Shown here piece after piece: positions 1 through 12,428 of a DNA stretch of 64,000 nucleotides. Below the pieces are notes generated by a model that did not search any database, had not been told where the DNA came from, and saw only the letters and a program-made list of their open reading frames with translations. The stretch is taken from contig NC_042997.1 of the NCBI RefSeq assembly GCF_006345805.1, forward strand, positions 164,796,001-164,860,000. Direction: 5' to 3'. This DNA comes from Octopus sinensis. Its lineage: Eukaryota. Both the position numbers and the translations under genes were made by a program. The number at the start of each line of letters is the position of its first letter. Position 1 is the stretch's first letter.

Positions 1-2293
1 TTCCCACTGCTTCTGCCATTGCCTTTCGAGCTCTGGTTCTCTTTCCCCTAAATTTTGAGAGTCGCTTCATGTGAATGCAGGCGGAATTATTCAGAAGACC
101 CTGGCTCCCATTTCTTGAAATAAGCAAATTTTATATGTACATGTATAATCAATTTTATCGAAGCACATATTGGACATCGTTTTATCTATGTTTAACATCT
201 TCATAGTGATCTGGCCATCATGCTTTTAGTTTTAACCGATTATTTGTTGTTGTGGAGCCACACCATATCATCGTGCACAGTTTTTATCATAATGGTCTCA
301 GACAGGCTGGCAGAACAATTCATTCTTCATTATACAATCTAACTATTAACCTATTTTTCAATGATATTAAATGGACTATTAAAAACGGTTTCTCCAGTTC
401 TTATTAAAATCCTTTTTTTTAATACACCAGATACAGTTTTGTCATTGGTAGTCGGAAAGTTTATATTTCATCTTTATAATATCAAGTTCTACAAAATATT
501 AAAAAAAAATCATCCCCATCACAATTAATTTCATCCAAACCAACATTACTAATGAATTCCATTTACAATAATGTATCATGTATTTCAGATCCCTTTATGT
601 AAGTCACAATTAAACGCTGTCATTTGTAAGGCCCTTAAAGTATGTGCACATGTTTCAGTCAGTAAAGTACAATTTTTTATTGAAAAAAAATTCTAATCAT
701 CAGAAGCCCATTTAAATTTTCGCCGAAACAGAAAATGCTGTGCTCTACGAGTACACTATACAATCACCTAGGCAAACCTATTATTATTTGAGTAGATTAT
801 TTCAACTGCACTCCTAACAAGTGCAGTACAGGATCACAATCTAGTGAAAGTATCTGTGATAGAGTCTTTTTACTTGCATCAGTTTATTAAAGCAATCTCT
901 GTTAAATCATAAATTTGTACCACTGGCTTTGATAGGAACATCAGTTTTATATCCGCAAATGCTTTTCGGATATATGCTTTAAATTGATTTACCACCAATA
1001 CAACATCATCTTAACAAATAATATTATCATTATCATTCTCAACATGTTCACTTGCTCTCTGAAACAGAGTTGTTTTAATTCTTAACGGAAGACATATCTA
1101 TCTTAAAAAGACCCAACGGTGTATTTATCGTTGAAACATTTCCTCCTTCACAACATATTTTTATCAGTTTAAATATTCCATCTAAAAGCAATTTATCAAA
1201 ATAATTCACGCCAGAGAAAGAATGAAATATCGATTAAATATTTGAAGTTGGATAAGAATCTGAACAAATTCTTTCATCTACACCTACGTACTTTATAGTT
1301 TCCACGTATTCTCGGGTCTCTTTCGTATAACCGCCAAACGAGAGTCCCTCAGTAACTGGTTACTTATTTTCATAAATATTTTTATAAATCTTGATACATA
1401 TTTTATATCTCTTTATATATTGATGTTGCTTCATACTGATTTCAAATTTTGGTACAAGGCCAGCAATTTCAGGAGAGGGACAAGTCGATTACATTGACTC
1501 CAGTGCTCTACTGCAACTTATTTCAACGACCCAAAAAAGGAAAAAAATTCGATCTCCGCGGAATTTTAACTCAGAATGTAAAGACGAACGAAATACCGCT
1601 AAGCATTTTGCGGGGCGCGCTAACGGTTCTACGAGCACGCCGCCTTAGCATAGCCTAATATTGATATATATTTTGTATATATTTTACATATATTGACATT
1701 GGTCTTGCCTCACTCTAGCATGGCCTAATATTTTCTTTGTGATGAAAAAAATTACGTTTAAAACGTCTTAATCGTCAAAGTTGTCCTAGATAAATGTTGA
1801 ACTAGCATTCATCACATCCACATCAAACAAGACCTAATATTTTTTTATAAAAACAACATCCACAACATCTATTCTCTTAGCAGTTTCCATTAATGCATCC
1901 GACTTTCACAAAATATAAAGGAGTGGTCCATTAAATTATTTTAGTTTGAGAAAACATTTCTTTAACATTGATTTGTTCAATCAGGTATAACAATTACCTG
2001 ACTGCCAGTGCCAATGTGTATGTCAGCGTTAACATTGCTGAGTTGTAGTTTGATCATTTCAGTGTTTTTTTAAGCTGCAGCAAACAATTGCAACATCTTC
2101 ATTTCTCAACTTCTTCAAGTTTCTCAACCTCTTTTGTAGATTTCCATGACAACTCAGTGGTTCTTTTTATCCAGTTAACATACGTTTTACCAAATGCAGG
2201 ATTGTGCATCTTAATACATGCAAAAGCAGCTTTTAAAATCAAATGTATATTTGTCTCTGTCAGCATATGGCAAAGCGATATTATCAGGATCAT
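1..2293 (-). pseudogene. Heavily degenerate coding-like remnant of unassigned origin (possibly transposon or viral), interrupted by a SINE; runs off the window edge
   Basis: Microsatellite-free AT-rich tract. Minus-strand read-through gives protein-like segments broken by stops and frameshifts, e.g. ORF 2099-2293 and WTTPLYFVKVGCINGNC*ENRCCGCCFYKKILGLV*CGCDEC* at 1930-1802. No family recognised with confidence. Confidence 0.3.
1445..1647 (-). mobile_element. tRNA-derived SINE, family A (decayed)
   Basis: Reverse complement starts taaggcggcg...tgctcgtagaaccgttagc with a B-box-like tgagttaaaattcc; matches the other family A copies in the window. Confidence 0.8.
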
Positions 2294-2298
2294 TCTTG

Positions 2299-2364
<66 letters not shown>

Positions 2365-2371
2365 CATTCTT

Positions 2372-2672
2372 TTATTCTTTTTCTTGTTTCAGTCTTTTTA
2401 AAGCTGAAACGCTAGGTAAAGGGGACGTAAATACACTAGCACCGGTTGTCAAGCGGCGGTGGGAAACAAACATAAACACAATGATGCACCCCCCACCACA
2501 TATATAAGACGAATTTCTTTCAGTTTCCGCCTACCAAATCCACTCACAAGGCTTTTTTTTTTGGTCCGAAGCTATAGTAGAAGACACTTGCCCAAGGTGC
2601 CGCGCAGTGGAACTGAACCCGGAACAATATGGTTGGGAAGCAAGCTTCTTATCACACAGCCACACCTGCGCC
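2372..2672 (-). mobile_element. tRNA-derived SINE, family B
   Basis: Reverse complement gcaggtgtggctgtgtgataagaagcttgcttcccaacc...gggttcagttccactgcgcggcaccttgggcaagtgtcttc; same family as 4415-4965. Confidence 0.85.
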
Positions 2673-2855
2673 TATGTAGGTATTCTGTAAATATATTATT
2701 TGACTATCCAGACACAGATACACAGAACATATATCAGTGATTCAGGTGCCGTATTTCGCGTAACAGCACTTATCAAACTTTATAAATGCGTTTAAACGAA
2801 ACCCGCGGCTCTCGAGTCACTGACGTTCGTTCTCAGGTATAATATATATATATAC

Positions 2856-2876
2856 ACAAACACATACACACTTATG

Positions 2877-2921
<45 letters not shown>

Positions 2922-2939
2922 AACACATACACACTTATG

Positions 2940-2972
<33 letters not shown>
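2856..2972. repeat. Two-unit tandem repeat (about 63 bp) built around (TA)n
   Basis: acaaacacatacacacttatgcatc followed by (TA)n occurs at 2856 and again at 2919. Confidence 0.8.
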
Positions 2973-3049
2973 CGACCATATATAATGGATATTTGTGTAT
3001 ATATATATTATATAAACGTACATAATATACATATATACATATGTATATA

Positions 3050-3097
<48 letters not shown>

Positions 3098-3427
3098 ACT
3101 GCTAAGTAAAAGCAGCTTTTCTAGCCCCGTAGACATTTTCTATATAAAAAACATCTGCCTTTGCGCGCCAACTTAGTACCGAATGACTTCATCTAGTATC
3201 AACGTCTCCATAGGAACGGCCGAAAGAAATATAACAACACTCCACACACTTACGCACTTTCCTCAGCCCCCACTGACAGTTCTTGAAATTACCTCATGCC
3301 TCAGTCCTCTATAGCTACTTATTTAACTAGCTATCAATCTGCTTGCCTACCTACCTAACCGCATACATAGACACTGAAGCGCGCGCACAAACATTTACAC
3401 AGGCTTACACATATCTCTACAAGTGTG

Positions 3428-4035
<608 letters not shown>

Positions 4036-4414
4036 TAAACTGAGTAAAAGCTATCTCACATGCAATATAGTAAGCAAAAAATTTGAAATGATTGAGCTTG
4101 TCCATGCGATTAACAATTAAAATCTCTGCCACTAGGAAGGGAAAAGAAAATAACACTGAGGGGGAGATAACCACAATTAAAATCAGCTAATCGAAATTTT
4201 GTGAAAATAAAACGATATTAATAGTAGTGGATGTGTTTTTTCAAGCGAACTGATGAAAGAAATAGACATGTTTCAGGCTTAATAGGAAAAAACTACCCTA
4301 CTCGGTTGGCAAGGCTAAGAGTGAAAATGCTATGGTGCTGATGTTGGGTATTAACAATATGACCGAAGGAAAACACGTCAGGAGATTAGTCCGAATACTT
4401 AATATAAACATATA

Positions 4415-4580
4415 TACAGGCGCAAGAGTGGCTAGGTGATAAGAAGCTTGGTTTCCAATCACATGGTTCCAGGTTCAGTCCCAGTATGTGGCAGCTTGGG
4501 CAAGTATCTTCTACTACAGCCTCGGGCCGACCAAAGCCTTGTGAGTGGATTTGGTAGACGGAAACTGAAAGAATCTCGCC

Positions 4581-4636
<56 letters not shown>

Positions 4637-4713
4637 ATAAAACTTACTTGGAAAAGGATGCGTGGCGTTCGATCATATAATAATAGAAATAATATATAAA
4701 TATATGCATATAT

Positions 4714-4751
<38 letters not shown>

Positions 4752-4965
4752 ACATGTATGTATCTGTGTGTCTGTGTTTGTACACCCACCGTCGCTTGAA
4801 ACCGATGTTGGTGTGTTTACGTCCCCCTAAACTAGCGGTTCGGCAAACATACCGATAGAATAAGTACTAGGCTTACAAAAATGAAGTCCTGGGATAGATT
4901 TGCTCGACTAACGGCGGTGCTCCAGCATGGCCGCGGTCAAATGACTGAAACAAGTAAAAGAATGA
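4415..4965 (+). mobile_element. tRNA-derived SINE, family B, full length with internal (TA)n expansion
   Basis: Head gtggctaggtgataagaagcttgg...aggttcagtccc, body gggcaagtatcttctactacagcctcgggccgaccaaagccttgtgagtgg, tail ggcggtgctccagcatggccgcggtcaaatgactgaaacaagtaaaag. Confidence 0.9.
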
Positions 4966-5152
4966 TAGAATAGGGTTTCAGATATATAATGTAGTGATTA
5001 TAAAAGGATAGCTAGAGAGATAGACTGCTAGATAGTTATATATACACACACATGTATCAGTTATATTTATTTACACTATGCCTTGGCTATGGCATAAACT
5101 GGTTGGAAAATTACCACTTGCCCTTTTTACTAAGATGCTATGTGCTACTGAC

Positions 5153-5221
5153 CAGCAGGTCTGATGAGTACCCTATATTCTCAAGTGCTATAGTAGGCGT
5201 GAAACCAATGGTAACTTTCTG
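5153..5221 (+). ncRNA. Type I hammerhead ribozyme-like motif (complete core)
   Basis: CAGCAGGU-CUGAUGA(5161-5167)-stem II-GAAA(5201-5204)-CC-AAU-GG-UA/ACUUUCUG. Stem I has 7 of 8 pairs, stem III is A-U,C-G,C-G with a triloop, and the GUA cleavage triplet is at 5211-5213. The base of stem II is weak (G.U, U.G, AxC). Confidence 0.65.
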
Positions 5222-5317
5222 ACCGATTAAACGCCATAACCAAAGATAAAGTACTCGACTCCATTAAATATAACTGCTCAACACTTCTTTTAGTGTGCTT
5301 CATATATATATATACAC

Positions 5318-5605
5318 GGGCATATGACGTAGTGGTTAAGAGCTCGGGCTACTAACCCCAAGATTCCGAGTTCGATTCCAGGCAGTGACCTGAATAACAA
5401 TAATAATAATAATAATAACAACAACAACAACAACAACAACAAAAATATCATAAGAAGGAAAACCCAGGTTCGAAATTTCCCCAAGTCACCTGATGAAGGC
5501 TGGAGGGTATATCAGCCGAAACGTTGTTAACAAGATGAGGACAAATATCCGTCAATTGTAAATAATGTAAATAATGTACGTAATTCCCCATCTCTTAAAT
5601 GAGAA
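5318..5605 (+). mobile_element. tRNA-derived SINE, family F, with (AAT)n(AAC)n spacer and Penelope-like 3' part
   Basis: A-box-like tgacgtagtgg (5325-5335), B-box-like gagttcgattcc (5368-5379), anticodon-like loop CTACTAA (5349-5355); 3' part contains ctgatgaaggctg...cagccgaaacgtt. Confidence 0.75.
5488..5528 (+). ncRNA. Minimal (Penelope-type) hammerhead-like motif inside SINE F
   Basis: CUGAUGA(5490-5496)-A-GGCUG/CAGCC stem II-GAAA(5518-5521)-CGUU; palindromic loop-less stem III (ACGU). Stem I is only 2 bp in this copy. Confidence 0.55.
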
Positions 5606-6287
5606 CAGATAATTCTCAGATTCGAATTTTTTGTGCGAGGGAAGTGACCTGGATGCGCTTGGAAAGGTTTCTGAAATGGAATTGCTGCAAGTAAGTAATT
5701 GTTACATGTAAGCGAAACAAGACAAGCGCCAAATTTATACAAAACTTTCTCCATGGCATAAGTATGAGCTGTATTTTGAAATGTAACTGGATAACGTGTT
5801 TTGACTTGGGGTTTTATGTTCATTTGCAATTCTAAAATCCGAAACTCTTTCAATCCAAAGCATTTACGACAAAAGATTATCAAATGTAATAAAAAGTGAT
5901 AAGAGTTACTTTATACAAACACAAAGCAGTTATCATTCGCTGGATGTGTCAAATAATAATTTCTCTTGACTGGCTACAATGTTTGTTATTGTTTAGCCCT
6001 AGTTAAGCCTATGACCAAAGGCGCCTCAAAAACCGTTCAATACTTTCAGATATAGTTTATAAAGAACCGTATTATCCAATATGTAATCCACCTTTTAAGA
6101 TTGTAGGATCAAATTTGAGGGAGGTTTGGATCAGTGGAGATTCTTGATGCATCAGTCAAAGTATGCCATTTTAAAAATCATAGGAATATAATTAATTGGA
6201 GTACATATAACATGCACGAGCCTTCTTCCAAGCTATCTTTCATAAAAATGAAAGATTTATATTAAAATCGGACTTGTTACTTGCATT

Positions 6288-6378
6288 CATAAGTATGTAT
6301 GTATGTATGTATGTATGTATGTATGTCTGTATGTGTGTGTGTGTGTGTGTCTGTCTGTCTGTCTGCCTGCCTGCCTAC

Positions 6379-6466
<88 letters not shown>

Positions 6467-6485
6467 ATATATATATATATATATT
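6288..6485. repeat. Compound microsatellite (TATG)n(TG)n(TCTG)n(TATC)n(TA)n
   Basis: Directly visible. Confidence 0.95.
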
Positions 6486-6714
6486 AGGCATACATTGTAT
6501 GCATTGCATTCATACGAGACAAGCCAGTGATTAGGATGCTATTTCTATGAGGTCGAGAGATCATTAAGATGCGCCACCATTTGGCTTGTGCAAGATTAGT
6601 TTTATACAGGTGTGAATAAACTTGGTCGACTAGTCCAGTAAATTACCGGTAATATTCTTACTCTCCTGTAACAACAACGAACATGGTATGATATCAACAT
6701 TCAAGTTACTGAGA

Positions 6715-6866
6715 TCGACACGCTAAGTTAGAAACCGAAATCTCCTTCAAATCACACCCTGTTATCTTTTAAAAAGGAAAATATCATGTAATGTAGTCTT
6801 AGACATACTATGTCTGGAGAAAAGGTGGATGGTCACAGCTGAAATACCTTTGACGATAAGTCTAAT
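6715..6866. repeat. Interspersed repeat family D (decayed; related pieces near 6000-6130, 8030-8190, 8720-8870, 15340-15540, 18700-18770, 21470-21520, 52880-52930, 53680-53870)
   Basis: Shared words of the type gaaatagcagccaaatctcc(c/t)tcaaatcacacc, ataatgtagtc.tag and ggatggtca..gctg recur in both orientations. Confidence 0.6.
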
Positions 6867-9233
6867 GAATAGTGGAGCTAAACAGTATCAGCAGCAGAAA
6901 CCACAAGAACAATAGCAATAACACCTACCACAACAACAGAAGCAGCGGTCAGAATAACAATGACATCACCTAGTTGGCTCTCTGCCGCCAAAGCTACAAC
7001 CTGTTGGTAGTTATTTAACAATAACTGTTGACTGTTATTGTTGAATATATACCAACAATAGCTACCAACAGTGGGATCATCTACACTAATTATTCTCAAT
7101 ATTTTTGACGTCGTGGTGCACTGAAGATCAAATAAAAATTTATTGGTGTGTTTTGCATGGAAAGTTGCACAGATATAAAAAAAAATGCTTTAAACATTTA
7201 GTAAAGTAAATAATATAGAAAACCATTGTTTGGCTTGGTTTATTAATCATACTTGTGTATAACAAAATATTGAATAGCTCATTTTTCAAGACGCTCAAGT
7301 ATTTGTATAGGTTGTATAGGGTTTTGAAATAATATCTTTTATAATCTGCGGCGCCCATTTGAGAAACACTGATGCATGTTTTTTTATAAAAATCTTACAG
7401 TCAGAAGAAAAGGTAGTGTCATAACCTTCTACAGGGCGTCCGAGGATACCCTTTACAGGGTATCCTCGCACCAAAGACCAGGCCCAAATTGTTGCAATAA
7501 AGTGGGTTCCACAAAGGGTACCCAAGGTATCAGGGAGACAGATTAAGTCTCTCGCCCAGGTAGACCAGAGGGGATTTGAACTCAGGATGCAATGAGTCGG
7601 AAGAAAAACTGCAAAGTATCTGGTTCGACGCCCTGACAATCCCGTCATTCCACTGCTCTTGGGTTGATACTTTATCTTTTTTATCGATTCTGAAAAGATG
7701 AAAAGCAAATTTGATCCCGTTGGGATTTGAGTTTAGAGCACAATAAGTTGGAAAAAACACCACGCAGTATACTATGGGCTTAACACATCTACACAATTAT
7801 CGGTGGAGTGCGAAATATATTCCAGGGTTAGGGTTTGGCAGAATCGCTGGAACAACGGATAGAATGCACAGTTTCAAAATACAATTCTTCATAAACCAAA
7901 GAAAATTCTATATAATTCTTTGGCGAGCACTAATAATAACTCGATGCAACTAAAGAAAATGCAGTCAAGTTGTTTTTGTTGTTGTTCAGCACTGGTTCAG
8001 TATGACTGAGCAAACTTATGACCCAAGGCACTCCAGCCGTGACGATCCAGTCTTTTCTTTTCGGTCAGTTTTCATCTTAGGGCCATTTCATCCGACTCTT
8101 ATTTTCCTTTTTGGAAATATGGTAGTGTGTCATTTGAGTTTGAGGGAGATCTAGCTACCATTTCATGCAAATCGAAAGATCGCTATGAGTCTCTCTTAGT
8201 TCGAAATGCGTTCTTGGGTCTATAAAAAGTTGTGTCTCCTGTTTTTTTACCTGTTTCCCTGTTTTTTTTTTATTGTATCTTATATTTTGCTTCGTGAGCT
8301 ATTAAAAGTGCGAAATACCACGAATTTGTAAACAATTGTCAGAAGTGTATAACTAACACTATTGTTAATCACTGCGCGATTATTATTAGATTAGCCTCAC
8401 TTAGTAATTGTAAGGCTAACATCAAATAATAAATAATCATAATTAGATTGACGTCATTCATTTCCAAGAAATCCCGACGACTTAATTTATTCATTCATTC
8501 TGCAAATATCCAGACTTTTGCATAAAAGAGACTATTTGCCAATCAGAGAGTGAGGACAAAAGTAATATCGCTACCAAACATACAAACAAACAAACAAACA
8601 CACACACACACATACACGTATGTATGGGAATTAAATAAATAAAGAGCAAATAGCCAGAGTGCTCTACTAATTAACAACAGGAAAATAAACCACGACCTAA
8701 CGATGGAACCACGAAGCAGTTGTTCAAAATGCTACAAATAGCAGCTAAATTTCCCTCAAAGTACACCTTTACATCTTTTACAGATAGGACACATTAGATA
8801 ATGTAGTCATAGCTACAATGTTTCTTGAACAAGGCTTAGGCATCTTTGATCACCTTAGGTCTTCTAAATCAGAAAAGAGTCGGTGCTAACCGCCACCCGA
8901 ATACTATCTCAAAAATTTGCTATTACACAACATCTATGTATTGTTAATAATTCCTGTTACTTCAAATATTACGATCTATGCTAAAATAAAATTAAAAACT
9001 CGGATGAGTTGTAAGGATCTTTTACATTTAAACAACATAATTATTGCATGCAAGAATTACAGCTAACGGTTGTTGCGGAATTATTGACATTTGAATAATT
9101 TACACATACACACACATATAAACATATGCATGCAAATATACATATATACATACATACGTACGTACATGCAACAATAATAATAATGGGTGTAACTTGGAGT
9201 CACCCTGTATAAATATAAAGCAAAAGCCAAATG

Positions 9234-9235
<2 letters not shown>

Positions 9236-9300
<65 letters not shown>

Positions 9301-9450
9301 TGATGATGATGATGATGATCATGATAATGATGATGATGTGCCTGGTGTATCCTTGTCAGACGGGTAGTCATGATGAGTGTACTGGGCTTCGTATGTTTTA
9401 CCCCATTGTCACTATGATGACATGCACTGCTTTCTTACTCAACAATAACA
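9236..9450 (+). repeat. (AAT)n(GAT)n microsatellite followed by a 3' fragment of repeat family E
   Basis: tgtgcctggtgtatccttgtcagacgggtagtcatgatg...accccattgtcac matches about 25905-26000. Confidence 0.8.
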
Positions 9451-10756
9451 GCAACAATAATAATGGTAATGATAATAATAAACAACCACTCACACACATG
9501 TCTATGTTTAGCAGAAGCTGATTGTTACAATCACGAATAATGCTAGCCACCGGTTTTTGTCATCAAAAGGCTTCGTCCCAAAGCCAGCAATAATGGCTGG
9601 TTTTCTGTATATAGCTGTGAAAATTAATTTCTTTACATCAACCTTACTCGTTAACCTTAAAAAAAATATTTACTAATAAGCTATAATTTCCTGGTAAACC
9701 AGTAAATTTAGATAGTGTAGGGGTATGTTCAACCCTACCATGTTTGACACAGTATAGCTTGGGTGAATAACAATATATCAAGCCGGTGAAGTTTTATCTA
9801 ATCAGTATCTCAGTCTTAAATTTGATAGCAAACATTAATCAAGATAGGTATAAAGAAAGGAGAAAGCGAAAGTAGGTGTGAATTGCAATGAAATCGACTT
9901 TATATTGACAGCATGAATAATACAAGAAGGCTTACCTCTTATAGGTTTATGCTTTCCACATTATAAACTATTTTGTAAAGCTGTATAATGTTACTGCATA
10001 CTGCAACTTAGGAGCATATTACAGCCCCGCACATACGATTAATACCGAGATCTATTTTCGTCTCAGTGCTGAGAAAGGTGAAGAAATCAAGTGGAAAGTT
10101 CTATTCAAAACAGTTGCTGTGTGCATAATATGAAATATATAAAATGAATTACCTATGTTATTTGGTAATATACAGGCTTTCCTCTGAATCAAATTAACTA
10201 TAGAAATCTTTCAGTAATATAATGGGCAGAAATGGTTATAATTAGATCACGACACAGATAAAATTTTTTTGAAAATGTCAGAAAAATATAATGAAGTATT
10301 AATATCTCAGTGGTTATGCCTTTACAAAAATTGGATATTTTGCAAAAATTTCATACCACACTAAATTATTACACACTGTTACAAATCTGAAGAAATATTG
10401 AAATAATATAATGCCTTGGTTTTTAGCAGTTTTCTCTTAATGGGGCATTTCAAGATAACGGTTAATTATAATGGTAATGAATAAGATGAGATGCCGCATC
10501 TTTTCGTACAGAATTCATGTTTACATTCCATAAACTTATTTTGAAACACACACACGGCTTAGCGGTTGCACAAAAAGATTTTCTATAAATTAGCCACTGG
10601 CCTAAAATCTTGAAGGCGGTGCCTAAAAATGACCGCAGTCCAATATTTAAAACAAATATATATAAAACTGCGTGTATGCGTGTACATGTGTGCGTTTGTG
10701 CGTGTGTGCGCGAGCGCGCGTGCTAGCACATAGATTTTATAATTTTATATGTACTC

Positions 10757-10762
10757 ACTTAT

Positions 10763-10853
<91 letters not shown>

Positions 10854-10856
10854 GTG
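10757..10856. repeat. (TA)n microsatellite
   Basis: Directly visible. Confidence 0.95.
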
Positions 10857-11125
10857 TATAAGTATGATCCTGAGATCCAAGTATAGGAAGTTAGTAAGAT
10901 TTGAGCACTTATGCGGCCTGTACAGATGACAAAGGGTGTACAATATACGATAAAACAAGTTTATTGATATCGTAAGTTACATGTTTCGTCCCATATTCAA
11001 ATTAAAAGGAACTTCTATAAACTGACGGTCACTATACTACACATGGCTTTACCTACTGAGGATGCCAGAAATGCGAATAGAAATCCCCAAAAGTAAGGAA
11101 TGGGACAGGTAAAACACGGTCTACG

Positions 11126-11331
11126 ACTGTTTCATAGCAAAGTAATGTCAGTTACATAAGTTGTAACATAAACAAAACCAGTTTGGCTAATCTTCAGGTC
11201 CTGTTACTTCCTCAACGTCGTTTACATTGTTAACGTAGACAATGTTGAAGTAACACGACCTGAAGATTAGCTAACCTGGTTCTGCGTATGTTACAAATTA
11301 TATAACAAACACCACCTTGCTATGAAACGGT
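11126..11331. repeat. Fold-back (inverted repeat) element, MITE-like
   Basis: Paired blocks: actgtttcatagcaa/ttgctatgaaacggt, tgtaacata/tatgttaca, gctaatcttcaggtc(11186-11200)/gacctgaagattagc(11257-11271), tgttacttc/gaagtaaca. Confidence 0.8.
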
Positions 11332-11661
11332 TGCAGTCTGTATATATATATATATATATATGAAACGTGGCTCCATAAAAATAAAATAGCAAGGTATTAA
11401 GTCACAGCTGCATGCGTCCTCTGTGTTCAAATATCTCGCTCAATTCTATCTTCCATCTTTTTGAGGCCGATAAAATGAAGTAGCCGTTAAATACTGAAAT
11501 CGATGTAATTGGTTGTGTACACTTCTGAAAGATTTCTGGTGTTGCGTTCTTATCTTGTAAGAAACCAATATAGTAAATGAATTACTGTTGAAATTTGAAA
11601 TTTAATTGTAGTAAACATGTCGTCATACGGTTTAAATGAATACAAGATATCTAATGCATGA

Positions 11662-11662
<1 letters not shown>

Positions 11663-11740
<78 letters not shown>
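11663..11740. repeat. (TG)n microsatellite
   Basis: Directly visible. Confidence 0.95.
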
Positions 11741-11742
<2 letters not shown>

Positions 11743-11972
11743 AGCGTGGCTTGGTGGTTAGGGTATTACACTCATGATCTTAAGAATGTGGTTTCGATTC
11801 CTGGGCCAATGATGCATTGTGTTCTTGAGCGAAACACTTCATTTCATGTTGCTACGGGCTACCCAGCTAGCAAAAATGAGTAATCCTGCGACGGATCAAC
11901 ATCTTGTCCAGATGGCGAGGGCGATCCGTATATCAACCACAGAATCTGGGAAATCAGCTTTATATGACTCGG
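11741..11972 (+). mobile_element. tRNA-derived SINE, family C
   Basis: gcgtggcttggtggttaggg...gtttcgattcctggg...tgtgttcttgagcgaaacacttcatttca; same family as 12717 and 19712. Confidence 0.85.
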
Positions 11973-12224
11973 GAAAGACAAACCCCAAACCTGGTGCAAG
12001 ATGTAAATATATTTTAACGGCAATACTATTTTCCATATCCTTGGTGTGTGTTGGTGGGGTGGGGGAGATAGAAATAAATAAAGGAATCCTATTATATTGA
12101 TGGCTTAAATTTGAAAATAACATTTGAGACATAAAAGAATCTCCAGTTAGGAGGAGGATGAACTATAAAGAGGATCTTATCCCCATGTCTAAATAAAAGA
12201 AAAACGACAAATTTTGGTTACAAA

Positions 12225-12428
12225 TATTGGCACAAGGGTAACAATTTCATAGGAGGAGCTAAGTCGATTACAACGACCACAATGCTCAACTATTATTTTA
12301 TCGACTCTGAAAGGACGAAAGGCAAAGTCGATCTCCCCGGAAGTTAAAGACTCAGATCATAAAGACAGACGAAATGCCGCCAAGGATTTTGTCCGGTGCG
12401 ACAACGATTCAGTTAGCTCGCCGTCTTA
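12225..12428 (-). mobile_element. SINE family A
   Basis: gaaaggcaaagtcgatc...gacgaaatgccgccaagg...agctcgccgtctta. Confidence 0.8.

Noticed and set aside
5318-5390. Genuine tRNA gene
   Set aside because: The acceptor stem does not pair and it continues into a repeat body, so it is interpreted as a SINE head.
9945-10130. 62-codon stop-free stretch (…LGAYYSPAHTINTEIYFRLSAEKGEEIKWKVLF…) in an AT-rich tract
   Set aside because: No start codon, convincing splice sites or recognisable motif; not supportable without a homology search.
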